Below, piece after piece: positions 8,732-17,752 of a stretch of 64,000 nucleotides of DNA. The stretch's first letter is position 1. Each line of letters begins with the position of its first letter. The DNA lies in NCBI GenBank assembly GCA_900554565.1, contig USHX01000004.1, forward strand, positions 5,054-69,053, given 5' to 3'. The notes below the pieces were generated by a model. The model worked only from the letters and a program-made list of their open reading frames with translations. It was not told where the DNA came from and searched no databases. A program made the translations under genes and the position numbers. This stretch comes from an uncultured Clostridium sp. Its GTDB lineage: Bacteria > Bacillota > Clostridia > TANB77 > CAG-508.

Positions 8732-10036
8732 CTATTCTATAATTTTAATAATTGCTTTTTGTTTTTCTGCCACTTCCTGTCTAATCTTCACTGTTTGTAA
8801 CAACTCTTTTTTAGCAATCTCTAGATTATCATAATTATCTGAATGGATATATGCAATAACTTCATCTTTTTGTACTTTGCTACCAACCTTTTTCAATAAC
8901 TCAATTCCAACTAATTTATCAATTTTATCTTCCTTTTTCTTTCTTCCAGCACCTAAATCACATGCTATTTTACCTACTTTTTTAGCATCTATTTTATAAA
9001 CATAACCTGAACTTTTACTATATACTGGTTCAATATATTTTGATTTCGGAATATTTTCTAAATCTGAAATATAAGTTGTGTCCCCTCCTTGATTTTTTAC
9101 TAATTCTAAAAATTTCTTATATGCTTTTCCATTTTCTATATTTTTCATTAGAAGTTTTTTAGCTTTTTCTATATCTTCTTCTATTTCAGCCAGCTTTAAC
9201 ATATAAGCCCCAAGTTCTAAAGCAACTTCTTTTAAGTCTTCTGGCATGTCACCTTTTAATGCTTTTACAGCTTCTTCAACTTCTAGCAAATTTCCTATAT
9301 TGTAACCTAATGGTTCATCCATATTTGTTAATATACACACTGTTTGTCTATCTGCAAGTTTTCCAATACTTATCATTTCTTTTGCAAGTTTTTCTGCATC
9401 TTTCCTATTTTTCATAAAAGCTCCGCTTCCAACTGTAACATCTAAAACTATCTTTTGAGCCCCACTTGCTATTTTTTTACTCATTATGCTTGATGCAATT
9501 AGTGGTATACTTTCGACACATGATATTGCATCTCTTAGGCTGTATAATTTCTTGTCAGCTGGTGCTAAGTTTAATGTCTGTGAAATCATACTTATTCCTA
9601 TCTTATCCACATTTTCTACAAACTTGTTTACATCTATTGCTGTTTTATATCCAGGAATTGATTCCAATTTGTCTACAGTTCCTCCTGTAAATCCTAGCCC
9701 TCTTCCTGACATCTTTGCCACTGCAACTCCACATGATGCAACTAGTGGAAGCAAAACTAAAGATACTTTATCTCCTACTCCACCTGTTGAATGTTTGTCT
9801 ACTATTATTTTATTTAATTTTGATAAATCTAATATTTCTCCTGAATGAGCCATTGCTAAACTCAAATTTGTTGTTTCTTGTTTTGTCATTCCATTTATAA
9901 AAATAGCCATTACTAGTGCTGCTGCTTGATAGTCTGTTATATTTTCTTCTGTATATCCATTTACAAAGTATTTTATTTCTTCTTTTGTTAATTCTTGATT
10001 TTCTCTTTTTTTCTCTATTATTTCTAAAATATTCAT
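8732..10036 (-). CDS. pdp: Pyrimidine-nucleoside (thymidine) phosphorylase
   Basis: HSTGGVGDK and GRGLGFTGGT motifs. Start set at MNILEII, which follows an AGGTGA RBS. Confidence 0.9.
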   Translation of the reverse strand: MNILEIIEKKRENQELTKEEIKYFVNGYTEENITDYQAAALVMAIFINGMTKQETTNLSLAMAHSGEILDLSKLNKIIVDKHSTGGVGDKVSLVLLPLVASCGVAVAKMSGRGLGFTGGTVDKLESIPGYKTAIDVNKFVENVDKIGISMISQTLNLAPADKKLYSLRDAISCVESIPLIASSIMSKKIASGAQKIVLDVTVGSGAFMKNRKDAEKLAKEMISIGKLADRQTVCILTNMDEPLGYNIGNLLEVEEAVKALKGDMPEDLKEVALELGAYMLKLAEIEEDIEKAKKLLMKNIENGKAYKKFLELVKNQGGDTTYISDLENIPKSKYIEPVYSKSSGYVYKIDAKKVGKIACDLGAGRKKKEDKIDKLVGIELLKKVGSKVQKDEVIAYIHSDNYDNLEIAKKELLQTVKIRQEVAEKQKAIIKIIE

Positions 10037-10049
10037 ATGTATCACCTAT

Positions 10050-10676
10050 TTATACAAATTTTTTTGTAAATGTTCTTCTGTGAATTGGGCATAGACCATA
10101 TTCTTTTATTGCTGCTATATGTTTGGCTGTTCCATATCCTTTATGTGAAATAAAACCATATTGTGGATATATTTCATCCCATTGTCTCATTATTCTGTCC
10201 CTTGTCACTTTGGCAAGTATTGATGCTGCAGCAATATTGTAGCATTTTGCATCACCTTTTATTATTGGCTCATATGGTATCCCTCTTGTGTTTATACCTG
10301 TTAAAGCATCTACTACTATTAAATCTGGTTTTATATCTAGTCCATCTACTACTTGTGTTACTCCACTTTTTGTTGCATTTAATATATTTATATCATCAAT
10401 TACATCTTGACCAATTATTGCAACAGAATAACTTATTGCTTCTTCTATTATTAAGTCATATAGTTTTTCACGCTTTTTTTCAGATACTTTTTTAGAATCA
10501 TTTACACCTTCTATCATTGAATCTTTTGGCATTATTACTCCTGCTACTACCACTGGTCCTGCTAAAGGTCCTCTTCCTGCTTCATCAATTCCACAGATAT
10601 TTTTAAATCCTTTTTCATATAAATCTTTTTCTATTTCTTTTAATTTTGTTAATCTTTCTAGTTCTTTTTCTTTCAT
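10050..10676 (-). CDS. rnhB: Ribonuclease HII
   Basis: GIDEAGRGPLAGPVV active-site motif. The 208-aa length is typical. Confidence 0.9.
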   Translation of the reverse strand: MKEKELERLTKLKEIEKDLYEKGFKNICGIDEAGRGPLAGPVVVAGVIMPKDSMIEGVNDSKKVSEKKREKLYDLIIEEAISYSVAIIGQDVIDDINILNATKSGVTQVVDGLDIKPDLIVVDALTGINTRGIPYEPIIKGDAKCYNIAAASILAKVTRDRIMRQWDEIYPQYGFISHKGYGTAKHIAAIKEYGLCPIHRRTFTKKFV

Positions 10677-10695
10677 TTTTATTGTTTCCTTTGTT

Positions 10696-11193
10696 TTATA
10701 TATTGTCTATTTGAGTTAATGAATATACCATTGTTCCATTGTTACTATATCCTAAAGTATTATATATTTCCACTTTTGCATTTGTGTCATCAAATTCTAT
10801 TATGTAATATTCTCCATTTGATAATTCTATTTTGTTTAATCCCCAATTTTGTAATGCTTCTTCTGTAACTGCATAGCAGTCTGCACTGTTTGCTCCTGAT
10901 GGTACTATTATTCCTAAGTCTGATACTTTTTTTAGTTTTGCTTCTGTCTCATATACTTCTGTTCTCACTTCTGCTTTTTTTGTTTCATCTGGGTTTGGTC
11001 CCATTTTAAAATTTGCTTGTTCTACTGTTTCTCTAGCTTTTACTTGAACTAATAGCATATTTGTTCTTAGTTCTTCTAGTTTTCCTTTTTTTATTATATC
11101 TTTTCCACTATATACTGATATTCCAGCGATTATTAATAATACTATTATTGTTACAGATAATGCAATTAATGTTATACCTTGTTCCTTTTTCAT
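10696..11193 (-). CDS. Prepilin-type N-terminal cleavage/methylation domain protein (pseudopilin-like)
   Basis: N-terminus MKKEQGITLIALSVTIIVLLIIAG resembles a class III signal peptide. No other pilus genes are adjacent. Confidence 0.55.
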   Translation of the reverse strand: MKKEQGITLIALSVTIIVLLIIAGISVYSGKDIIKKGKLEELRTNMLLVQVKARETVEQANFKMGPNPDETKKAEVRTEVYETEAKLKKVSDLGIIVPSGANSADCYAVTEEALQNWGLNKIELSNGEYYIIEFDDTNAKVEIYNTLGYSNNGTMVYSLTQIDNI

Positions 11194-11370
11194 TTATTTC
11201 ACCCTTTACTTTTTATTCTTGTTTATTATATATTTTTCCTTTCTCTTTTTCAATAGTAAATAAAAAATTTAAGTATCACATTTTTTTCACAAAATATTCA
11301 CAAATGTATTGTATTATACCTTTAGATTAGGATATTATATTAAAAAAAGTATCTTTAGGAGGTTTAAAAA

Positions 11371-12636
11371 ATGGAAGAAAATAAAAAAGAACAAGAAAAA
11401 AAATCAAATTTTAAAGCTGTTCAAGATCAAGCTTCAGTGAATAAAGCTTATAAATCTGAACATAAAGCAAAAGTAGGTTTTGCAAATGGATTTTTATTAC
11501 CATTTGTAAGTGGTGTACTTGGTTGCACTGTAGTTGTTGGTACTTGTTTTGGTGTACCTTCTATAAAAAATAAATTATTAAGTTCATCAACAAGTAGTTC
11601 AAGTACTAATTCAAATTCTAATAATTTAAGTACAGGATATGTTAGCCAAACTTCACTTTCAAATTATTCAGACACATCAGTATATGCTGCAAATAAAATC
11701 TTACCTTCAATTGTTGGAATTAAAGTTGAATATAATGTAAATTCTTTAGTTTCTATGTTTGGTAGACAAAATCAAAGTTCTACTGCAACAGCCAGTGGTT
11801 CTGGTATTGTAATTAGTGAAGATGGATATATTTTAACAAACAATCACATTGTTTCATCATCTTCTTCTGAATCTTATTATGAAGTGTCTGAAGCAACAAA
11901 AGTTACTGTAACTTTATTTAATGATGAAACAGAATATGAAGCAAAAATTGTTGGAAAAGATGAACAAACAGATTTAGCTGTTATAAAAATTGAAAAAACA
12001 GGTTTATCTAAAGCAGAGTTTGCAGATTCTGATAGTGTAAAAGTTGGAGAATTTGCTATGGCTGTTGGTAACCCTCTAGGAATGCAAAGCAGTATCACTT
12101 GCGGTGTTATAAGTGCTGTTAACAGAGAAGTTACGGATTCAGATGGTAAAAAATTCACTTTAATTCAAACAGATGCTGCTATAAACTCTGGTAACAGTGG
12201 TGGTGCTTTAGTAAATAGTGAAGGTAAAGTAATTGGAATTAATACTTTAAAACTTTCTGGTACAGGAATTGAAGGTATGGGATTTGCAATTCCAATTAAT
12301 TCAACTACTGATATAACTTCACAATTAATTCAATATAGCAAAGTTAAAAGACCTTATATTGGAATTTCTGGTATGGATTTAGATGAAAAAACTGCCAAAG
12401 CTAACAATTTGGTTCAAGGTATTTATGTTAAATCTATAGAGGATTTCTCTGCTGCTGAAAAGGCAGAAGTTAAAGTCGGCGATGTTATTATTGAAGCTGA
12501 TGGTAAGAAAATTACAACTATGGATGAGTTAAATGAAATTAAAAATACTCATAAAATTGGTGATGAGATGAAGATTAAAGTAAATAGAAATGGACAAGAA
12601 AAAGAATTGACTTTAACATTAGGTGAACAACCTTAA
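11371..12636 (+). CDS. htrA: HtrA/DegP-family serine protease with a PDZ domain
   Basis: His-Asp-Ser triad contexts (LTNNHIV, DLAVIKI, GNSGGALVN), an N-terminal TM segment and a C-terminal PDZ domain. Confidence 0.9.
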   Translation: MEENKKEQEKKSNFKAVQDQASVNKAYKSEHKAKVGFANGFLLPFVSGVLGCTVVVGTCFGVPSIKNKLLSSSTSSSSTNSNSNNLSTGYVSQTSLSNYSDTSVYAANKILPSIVGIKVEYNVNSLVSMFGRQNQSSTATASGSGIVISEDGYILTNNHIVSSSSSESYYEVSEATKVTVTLFNDETEYEAKIVGKDEQTDLAVIKIEKTGLSKAEFADSDSVKVGEFAMAVGNPLGMQSSITCGVISAVNREVTDSDGKKFTLIQTDAAINSGNSGGALVNSEGKVIGINTLKLSGTGIEGMGFAIPINSTTDITSQLIQYSKVKRPYIGISGMDLDEKTAKANNLVQGIYVKSIEDFSAAEKAEVKVGDVIIEADGKKITTMDELNEIKNTHKIGDEMKIKVNRNGQEKELTLTLGEQP

Positions 12637-12747
12637 CTAAGTTTTCACTTTTAGTTCACACAATGGACAAAATTGGTTAGTATAATACAACCATAGTCAG
12701 TAAAGAATACTGATTTGAAATAAAAAACATCCCCTTTTATTTTCAGA

Positions 12748-12777
12748 AAGAAGAACTTGAAAAAGTTCTTCTTTTTT
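12748..12777 (+). terminator. Intrinsic terminator about 110 nt downstream of htrA
   Basis: AAGAAGAACTT-GAAA-AAGTTCTTCTT followed by TTTT. Confidence 0.7.
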
Positions 12778-12850
12778 ATTCATAAATCATTAAAATGTTT
12801 TAATATTCAAACTTAAATCCTATTAGAAAAATAATATATAAAACAAAAAA

Positions 12851-12970
12851 ACTTTAATATATAATTTTTACTTGTGACTCCCAACTACATAACGGGCTGT
12901 AATTTCATAACAGCCCATAATTTGTCGGTCCCCCCCGAATTGTCACTTCGTAAAAATATATATTAAAGTT
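12851..12970 (-). repeat. Palindromic intergenic element, family 1, copy A (inverted relative to copy B at 47029-47146)
   Basis: About 120 nt. Its reverse complement matches copy B at 39 of the first 40 nt (AACTTTAATATATATTTTTACGAAGTGACAATTCGGGGGG). They also share TGTTATGAAATTACAG and GTTGGGAGTCACAA. A ~20-bp AT-rich outer stem encloses a GC-rich core. Confidence 0.8.
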
Positions 12971-13004
12971 ATAATACCAAATATTAAAGTTCTAATACAA
13001 AACA

Positions 13005-13868
13005 TTATAGAATTACTAAATCCATTTCACTAGTTGAAGTTTGGTTTCCATATGCATACACAATATACAAAGTATCTTCTGTAACATAAAATTCAGATGC
13101 ATTTTCTAATTTATACATACTACTTGAAGTATCTCTATTATAAATATTATAACCAAGATTTTTTAAATCTTCTACTTTCTTTTCCTCTGCTGAAATTTCT
13201 TCATCAATTTTGCTTTGAACAACTTGATTATCTGCACCTTTTATTTTCAACATTTCAGCAATTGATATTTCTTTGTTATTTCTTAAATCATAATTATAAG
13301 TTTGTACAATTACCTTTTGTGCATTTGAACCTTCTTTTAAATTTGATTTAACCATAACAGATAATATACCATAATGTATATTTGCTACATATTCTACATT
13401 ATAAATTATATTTTTATTTTCACTACCTAATATACTTCTTGCCTTATTAGCAAATATTTCTTCTATATCTTGATTATATTTTTTTACAACATCATTGTTT
13501 ATATTTATGTATGGTATATGAACTTCTAGGTCATAGCTATTTACTTTGCTTTCTTTTTTCTCATATTTTGTATATACTATTTTCTTGTCTTGGTCTTCTT
13601 TTTTTCCATTATTTTCATCATCATCATTTTCTATATCATTTACAAATATGGTATTAAAATTAGCTTTTAATAATGCTACTTCATCTTCTGTTTTTTTACC
13701 AAATTCTTTTTTCTCTTTTAACCCTACTAATGTCGCAATATCTATTCTTGCATAAAATTGTACATAAAATGCTACAATTATAGATATAAGACATATAGAA
13801 ATAATGCTAATATAAATTATAGCTTGTTTTTTTCCTATTTTCGTTTTTTCTGGTAATGTTACCTTCAT
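13005..13868 (-). CDS. Membrane-anchored protein, possibly DUF4163/DUF3298-like
   Basis: N-terminal TM segment. The extracellular part has features I associate with DUF3298 proteins (C-terminal FYVTEDTLYIVYAYG). A GAGGT RBS is present. Confidence 0.5.
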   Translation of the reverse strand: MKVTLPEKTKIGKKQAIIYISIISICLISIIVAFYVQFYARIDIATLVGLKEKKEFGKKTEDEVALLKANFNTIFVNDIENDDDENNGKKEDQDKKIVYTKYEKKESKVNSYDLEVHIPYININNDVVKKYNQDIEEIFANKARSILGSENKNIIYNVEYVANIHYGILSVMVKSNLKEGSNAQKVIVQTYNYDLRNNKEISIAEMLKIKGADNQVVQSKIDEEISAEEKKVEDLKNLGYNIYNRDTSSSMYKLENASEFYVTEDTLYIVYAYGNQTSTSEMDLVIL

Positions 13869-14043
13869 ATTTCTACCTCATTTTTTTACATTTGTCTACT
13901 TTTTTATTATACCATTTTTGTTTATATTTAGCAATATAATTTTTAGTGTCTAATCTCATAATTACAAGTATCTTAAAATAGCATTAAAATATTGACTATT
14001 CCCCTTTTTTGCGTTATTATAATATATATTAATTTTTATAGAA

Positions 14044-16410
14044 ATGAGGAATTTAAAACATATGTTATGTTCAGAATGTAATGATAAACCAGCAGTGGTT
14101 TTTTATAAAAAAATAGAAAATGGAAAAGAAACTTTAGAAGGTTATTGTTATGACTGTGCTAAGAAAAAAGGTATAAATCCTCTTGAAGTTATAACAAATC
14201 AAAATGAAATTCTTTCTAAAGATAAATTAAATATTAATGATATGACACAACAATTTGAAAGTATTTTTAAAGATTTAGCCGAAAATATTAACTTAGAAGA
14301 TATAGAAAACATAGAAGGTGCTATAACTTTTGAGCAAGATAATGATGAAGATCCTGAAAATGGTCCAAAAATTTCTGGAGCAGCTATTCCTTTAGGCTCA
14401 ATTTTCTCAAACATGATGAAAAATAGAGATAATGATGAACAAGAAGAACCTAGCAATAGCAGAAAAAGAGTAAGAGTAGAAAAAAAGAAAAATCAAAATA
14501 AGAAAAAGAAATTCTTAGATACTTATGGAACTAACTTAACAAATAAAGCCAAAAATAATGAGCTTGATTTAGTTATAGGTAGAGAAAAAGAAATTCAAAG
14601 AATTGTACAAATATTAAATAGACGTTCAAAAAATAATCCTTGTCTTATTGGTGAACCTGGTGTTGGTAAAACAGCTATTGCACAAGGTCTAGCAATTAGA
14701 ATAGCTAATCAAAATGTACCTGCAAAGCTTTTAAATAAAGAAGTTTATTTACTAGATATGACATCTGTAATCGCTGGTACACAATTTAGAGGCCAATTTG
14801 AATCTAGAATGAAAGGCATTATTGATGAATGCAAACAATATGGAAATATCATTTTAGTTATTGATGAAATTCACAACATCATAGGTGCTGGAGATGGTGA
14901 ACATTCTATGAATGCAGCTAATATCTTAAAACCAGCTTTATCTAATGGAGAAATTCAATTAATTGGTACTACAACTTTAAAAGAATATAGAAAATATATT
15001 GAAAAAGATTCAGCATTAGAAAGAAGATTTCAACAAGTTCTTGTAGAAGAACCAAATATTGATGATTCTATAGGTATTTTGGAAGGTATTAAAAAATATT
15101 ATGAAGATTATCATAAAGTCAAAATATCTTCAGATGTTATTCGCCAAGCTGTTATTATGTCAGAAAAATATATTCATGACAGATTTTTACCTGATAAAGC
15201 AATAGACATATTAGATGAAGCTTGTTCTAGAATTAATTTGGAAGACAAAAACTTATATAAATTAGAAATGTTAAAACAAGAACTAAACAAAGTTCAATCT
15301 GAAAAAGAACAAGTTATAGCTGCTGATTCTACTGAAGATTATCAAAAGGCTGCAGATTTAAAAACTCGTGAATGTCAATTAATAGAAGAAATTGATACTT
15401 TAAATAAAAAAATGAAACCAAAACAATTAACAATTCAAGATATTGCTAATGTAATAGAAAGTTGGACTAAAATTCCAGTTAAAAAGATTACAGAAGCTGA
15501 AACTCAAAAACTATTGAACCTGGAAACAAATCTTCATAAAAGAATTATTGGTCAAGATGAAGCTGTTAATTGTGTAGCAAGAGCTATAAGAAGAAATAGA
15601 GCAGGATTGAAAAGCACTAAAAGACCACCTTCATTTATTTTTGTTGGGCCAACTGGTGTTGGTAAAACAGAGCTTGCAAAAAGCTTAGCTTATGAAATGT
15701 TTGGAAGTGAAGATAATATAATCAGAATTGATATGTCTGAATATATGGAAAGTCATTCAACAGCAAAATTAATCGGGGCTCCCCCAGGATATGTTGGATA
15801 TGATGATGCTGGTCAATTAACTGATAAAGTAAAAAGAAAACCATATTCAATAATTCTTTTAGATGAAATCGAAAAAGCGCATCCAGATGTTTTTAACATT
15901 TTACTACAAGTACTAGATGATGGAAAATTAACAGATAGTCAAGGAAACACTGTAAGCTTTTCAAACACAATTATAATAATGACTTCAAATGCTGGTTCAA
16001 ACACTAATACAAACTCAATTGGTTTTGGTAAACAAACTGTAGACAAAAGCAAATTAATTGATTCTCTAAAAGATGTATTTAGACCAGAATTCTTAAATAG
16101 AATTGATGAGATTATAAGCTTTGATGCTTTAACAAAAGAACAATTGTTACAAATTGTAGATTTAATGTTAAAAGATACTAAAACAGCTCTTAATGATAAA
16201 GATATTAAAATGACTATAACAAAAAGCGCTAAAGATTATATATTAGAAAAAGGTACTGATATAAAATTTGGAGCTAGGCCTTTAAGAAGAGCTATACAAA
16301 GATATGTAGAAGATGAATTATCTGAAATGATATTAAAAGGTGAACTTTTAGATGGTCAAACAGTAGCAGTAGATTTTGAAAATGATAAATTAAAATTTGA
16401 AGTAAAATAG
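14044..16410 (+). CDS. clpC: ClpC/ClpA-type double AAA+ unfoldase with an N-terminal CxxC...CxxC zinc ribbon in place of the Clp_N repeats
   Basis: Two Walker A sites ([20 protein letters not shown]), a UVR-like middle motif and a ClpB_D2-small C-terminus. N-terminus is [15 protein letters not shown]...[11 protein letters not shown]. The start may instead be the ATG at 14062. Confidence 0.85.
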   Translation: MRNLKHMLCSECNDKPAVVFYKKIENGKETLEGYCYDCAKKKGINPLEVITNQNEILSKDKLNINDMTQQFESIFKDLAENINLEDIENIEGAITFEQDNDEDPENGPKISGAAIPLGSIFSNMMKNRDNDEQEEPSNSRKRVRVEKKKNQNKKKKFLDTYGTNLTNKAKNNELDLVIGREKEIQRIVQILNRRSKNNPCLIGEPGVGKTAIAQGLAIRIANQNVPAKLLNKEVYLLDMTSVIAGTQFRGQFESRMKGIIDECKQYGNIILVIDEIHNIIGAGDGEHSMNAANILKPALSNGEIQLIGTTTLKEYRKYIEKDSALERRFQQVLVEEPNIDDSIGILEGIKKYYEDYHKVKISSDVIRQAVIMSEKYIHDRFLPDKAIDILDEACSRINLEDKNLYKLEMLKQELNKVQSEKEQVIAADSTEDYQKAADLKTRECQLIEEIDTLNKKMKPKQLTIQDIANVIESWTKIPVKKITEAETQKLLNLETNLHKRIIGQDEAVNCVARAIRRNRAGLKSTKRPPSFIFVGPTGVGKTELAKSLAYEMFGSEDNIIRIDMSEYMESHSTAKLIGAPPGYVGYDDAGQLTDKVKRKPYSIILLDEIEKAHPDVFNILLQVLDDGKLTDSQGNTVSFSNTIIIMTSNAGSNTNTNSIGFGKQTVDKSKLIDSLKDVFRPEFLNRIDEIISFDALTKEQLLQIVDLMLKDTKTALNDKDIKMTITKSAKDYILEKGTDIKFGARPLRRAIQRYVEDELSEMILKGELLDGQTVAVDFENDKLKFEVK

Positions 16411-16419
16411 GAGAAAAAA

Positions 16420-17010
16420 ATGTTTAAACATATACCAAATATACTAACAATAATAAGAATTTTGTTAATTCCAGTGATTTTATTTTATGTATTTACTGGG
16501 CAATATATAATTGCTTTTATAGTATTTACCCTTTCTGGTTTAACAGATATAGCTGATGGATTTATTGCAAGAAAATTTAACCTAATTTCTAATTTTGGAA
16601 AATTAATGGATCCCTTAGCAGATAAATTAACTCAAATTGCAACACTTACATCTCTTGTAATTACTGATATTATCCCTATTTGGATACTAGTAATTGTCCT
16701 TTTAAAAGAATTTATAATGATAGTTGGTGCTTCTTTCCTTTATGGAAAAGATGTTGTTGTTTATAGTAGATGGTATGGAAAACTTGCAACAGTTTTATTT
16801 TATATAGCAATTGTTGCTTCCCTACTTGTAAAACAATTTGGACTTTCTGAGATTTGGGCTAATTTAGATTTTGGCCTTTATTGTTTAGCAATTGTTACTA
16901 CTGTATTTGCATTAGTAATGTATGTTAAAGACTTATATCAAAAAGGATTTATTGATAAACAAGACTTAAAAAAAGAAGTTACTGTTGATAAAAAAGAAAA
17001 GAAAAAATAG
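16420..17010 (+). CDS. pgsA: CDP-alcohol phosphatidyltransferase (phosphatidylglycerophosphate synthase-like)
   Basis: Motif DGFIARKFNLISNFGKLMDPLADK (D-G-x2-A-R...G...D-x3-D) and multiple TM segments. Confidence 0.8.
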   Translation: MFKHIPNILTIIRILLIPVILFYVFTGQYIIAFIVFTLSGLTDIADGFIARKFNLISNFGKLMDPLADKLTQIATLTSLVITDIIPIWILVIVLLKEFIMIVGASFLYGKDVVVYSRWYGKLATVLFYIAIVASLLVKQFGLSEIWANLDFGLYCLAIVTTVFALVMYVKDLYQKGFIDKQDLKKEVTVDKKEKKK

Positions 17011-17018
17011 GTATAAAA

Positions 17019-17059
17019 ATGAGATTTAAGTTATAATCACAACTTAAGTCTCATTTTTA
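17019..17059. terminator. Bidirectional terminator between pgsA and the convergent gene
   Basis: 14-bp stem ATGAGATTTAAGTT / AACTTAAGTCTCAT (one G-T pair), followed by TTTTT. Confidence 0.65.
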
Positions 17060-17068
17060 ATTTAACCT

Positions 17069-17683
17069 TTATTCAAAATTTTCTAAATACTGATTTAACT
17101 CTTCATTTCCATTAATTCTAACTCCATTTTTTATATTAACCAAATCTGTTTGTGGAATATACTCAAGTGAGATTTCTGTTGTCTCATATTCTGTTTCTAC
17201 ACCATTTTCTTGTATTCGAAAAACAACTAGTTTACCATCTTTTTCTCTTACCATATAATGTTCTCCACATTCTTCTTCATCTGTTTTTGTTAATATAATT
17301 TGTGTATCAGAAAATTTTTCTATGTTCCAACTTTCATATTTGCTTGCTAGTTCTTCTTTGGTTTTGTTAACTAAATCATTTGAAACAATGTCATATTTGC
17401 TTATTGTATGTCCACATTTTTGGTGTGTTGTTTTAAATATTATTTCTGCATTTGGTGCTATTTTTTCCTCAATTTCAGTAGATGCTGTTTGTAAGTTTTC
17501 GTTTTCCATTTGTGTATATTCTTCTGTGCATTCATCTTCAATTACTTCGTTGTTTTTTGCTATTTCTTCTTGTTGTATTGCCATTTCTTCTTTTTGACCA
17601 GAATTCCAAACCGCAAATCCTAGTGTTATTGCTAAAATGATTGTAACAATAGAAATCATGCTTATTATTACCTTATTCATCAC
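17069..17683 (-). CDS. Membrane-anchored protein, possibly BofC C-terminal-domain-like
   Basis: N-terminal TM segment. The C-terminal region HYMVREKDGKLVVFRIQENG...NGVRINGNEELNQYLENFE resembles BofC_C-type domains. Function call is weak. Confidence 0.45.
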   Translation of the reverse strand: MMNKVIISMISIVTIILAITLGFAVWNSGQKEEMAIQQEEIAKNNEVIEDECTEEYTQMENENLQTASTEIEEKIAPNAEIIFKTTHQKCGHTISKYDIVSNDLVNKTKEELASKYESWNIEKFSDTQIILTKTDEEECGEHYMVREKDGKLVVFRIQENGVETEYETTEISLEYIPQTDLVNIKNGVRINGNEELNQYLENFE

Positions 17684-17752
17684 TCTTCTCCTTTTTTTAC
17701 AATTACCATCTTTTCTAATAGTGTTTGCTTATTTTTCAAATTTATACAATTA

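Noticed and set aside
12637-12747. A possible small RNA or promoter (TAGTATAAT) in the 110 nt between the htrA stop and its terminator.
   Set aside because: There is no convincing -35 element at proper spacing, no extended -10 TG and no conserved structure. It is most simply the htrA 3' UTR.
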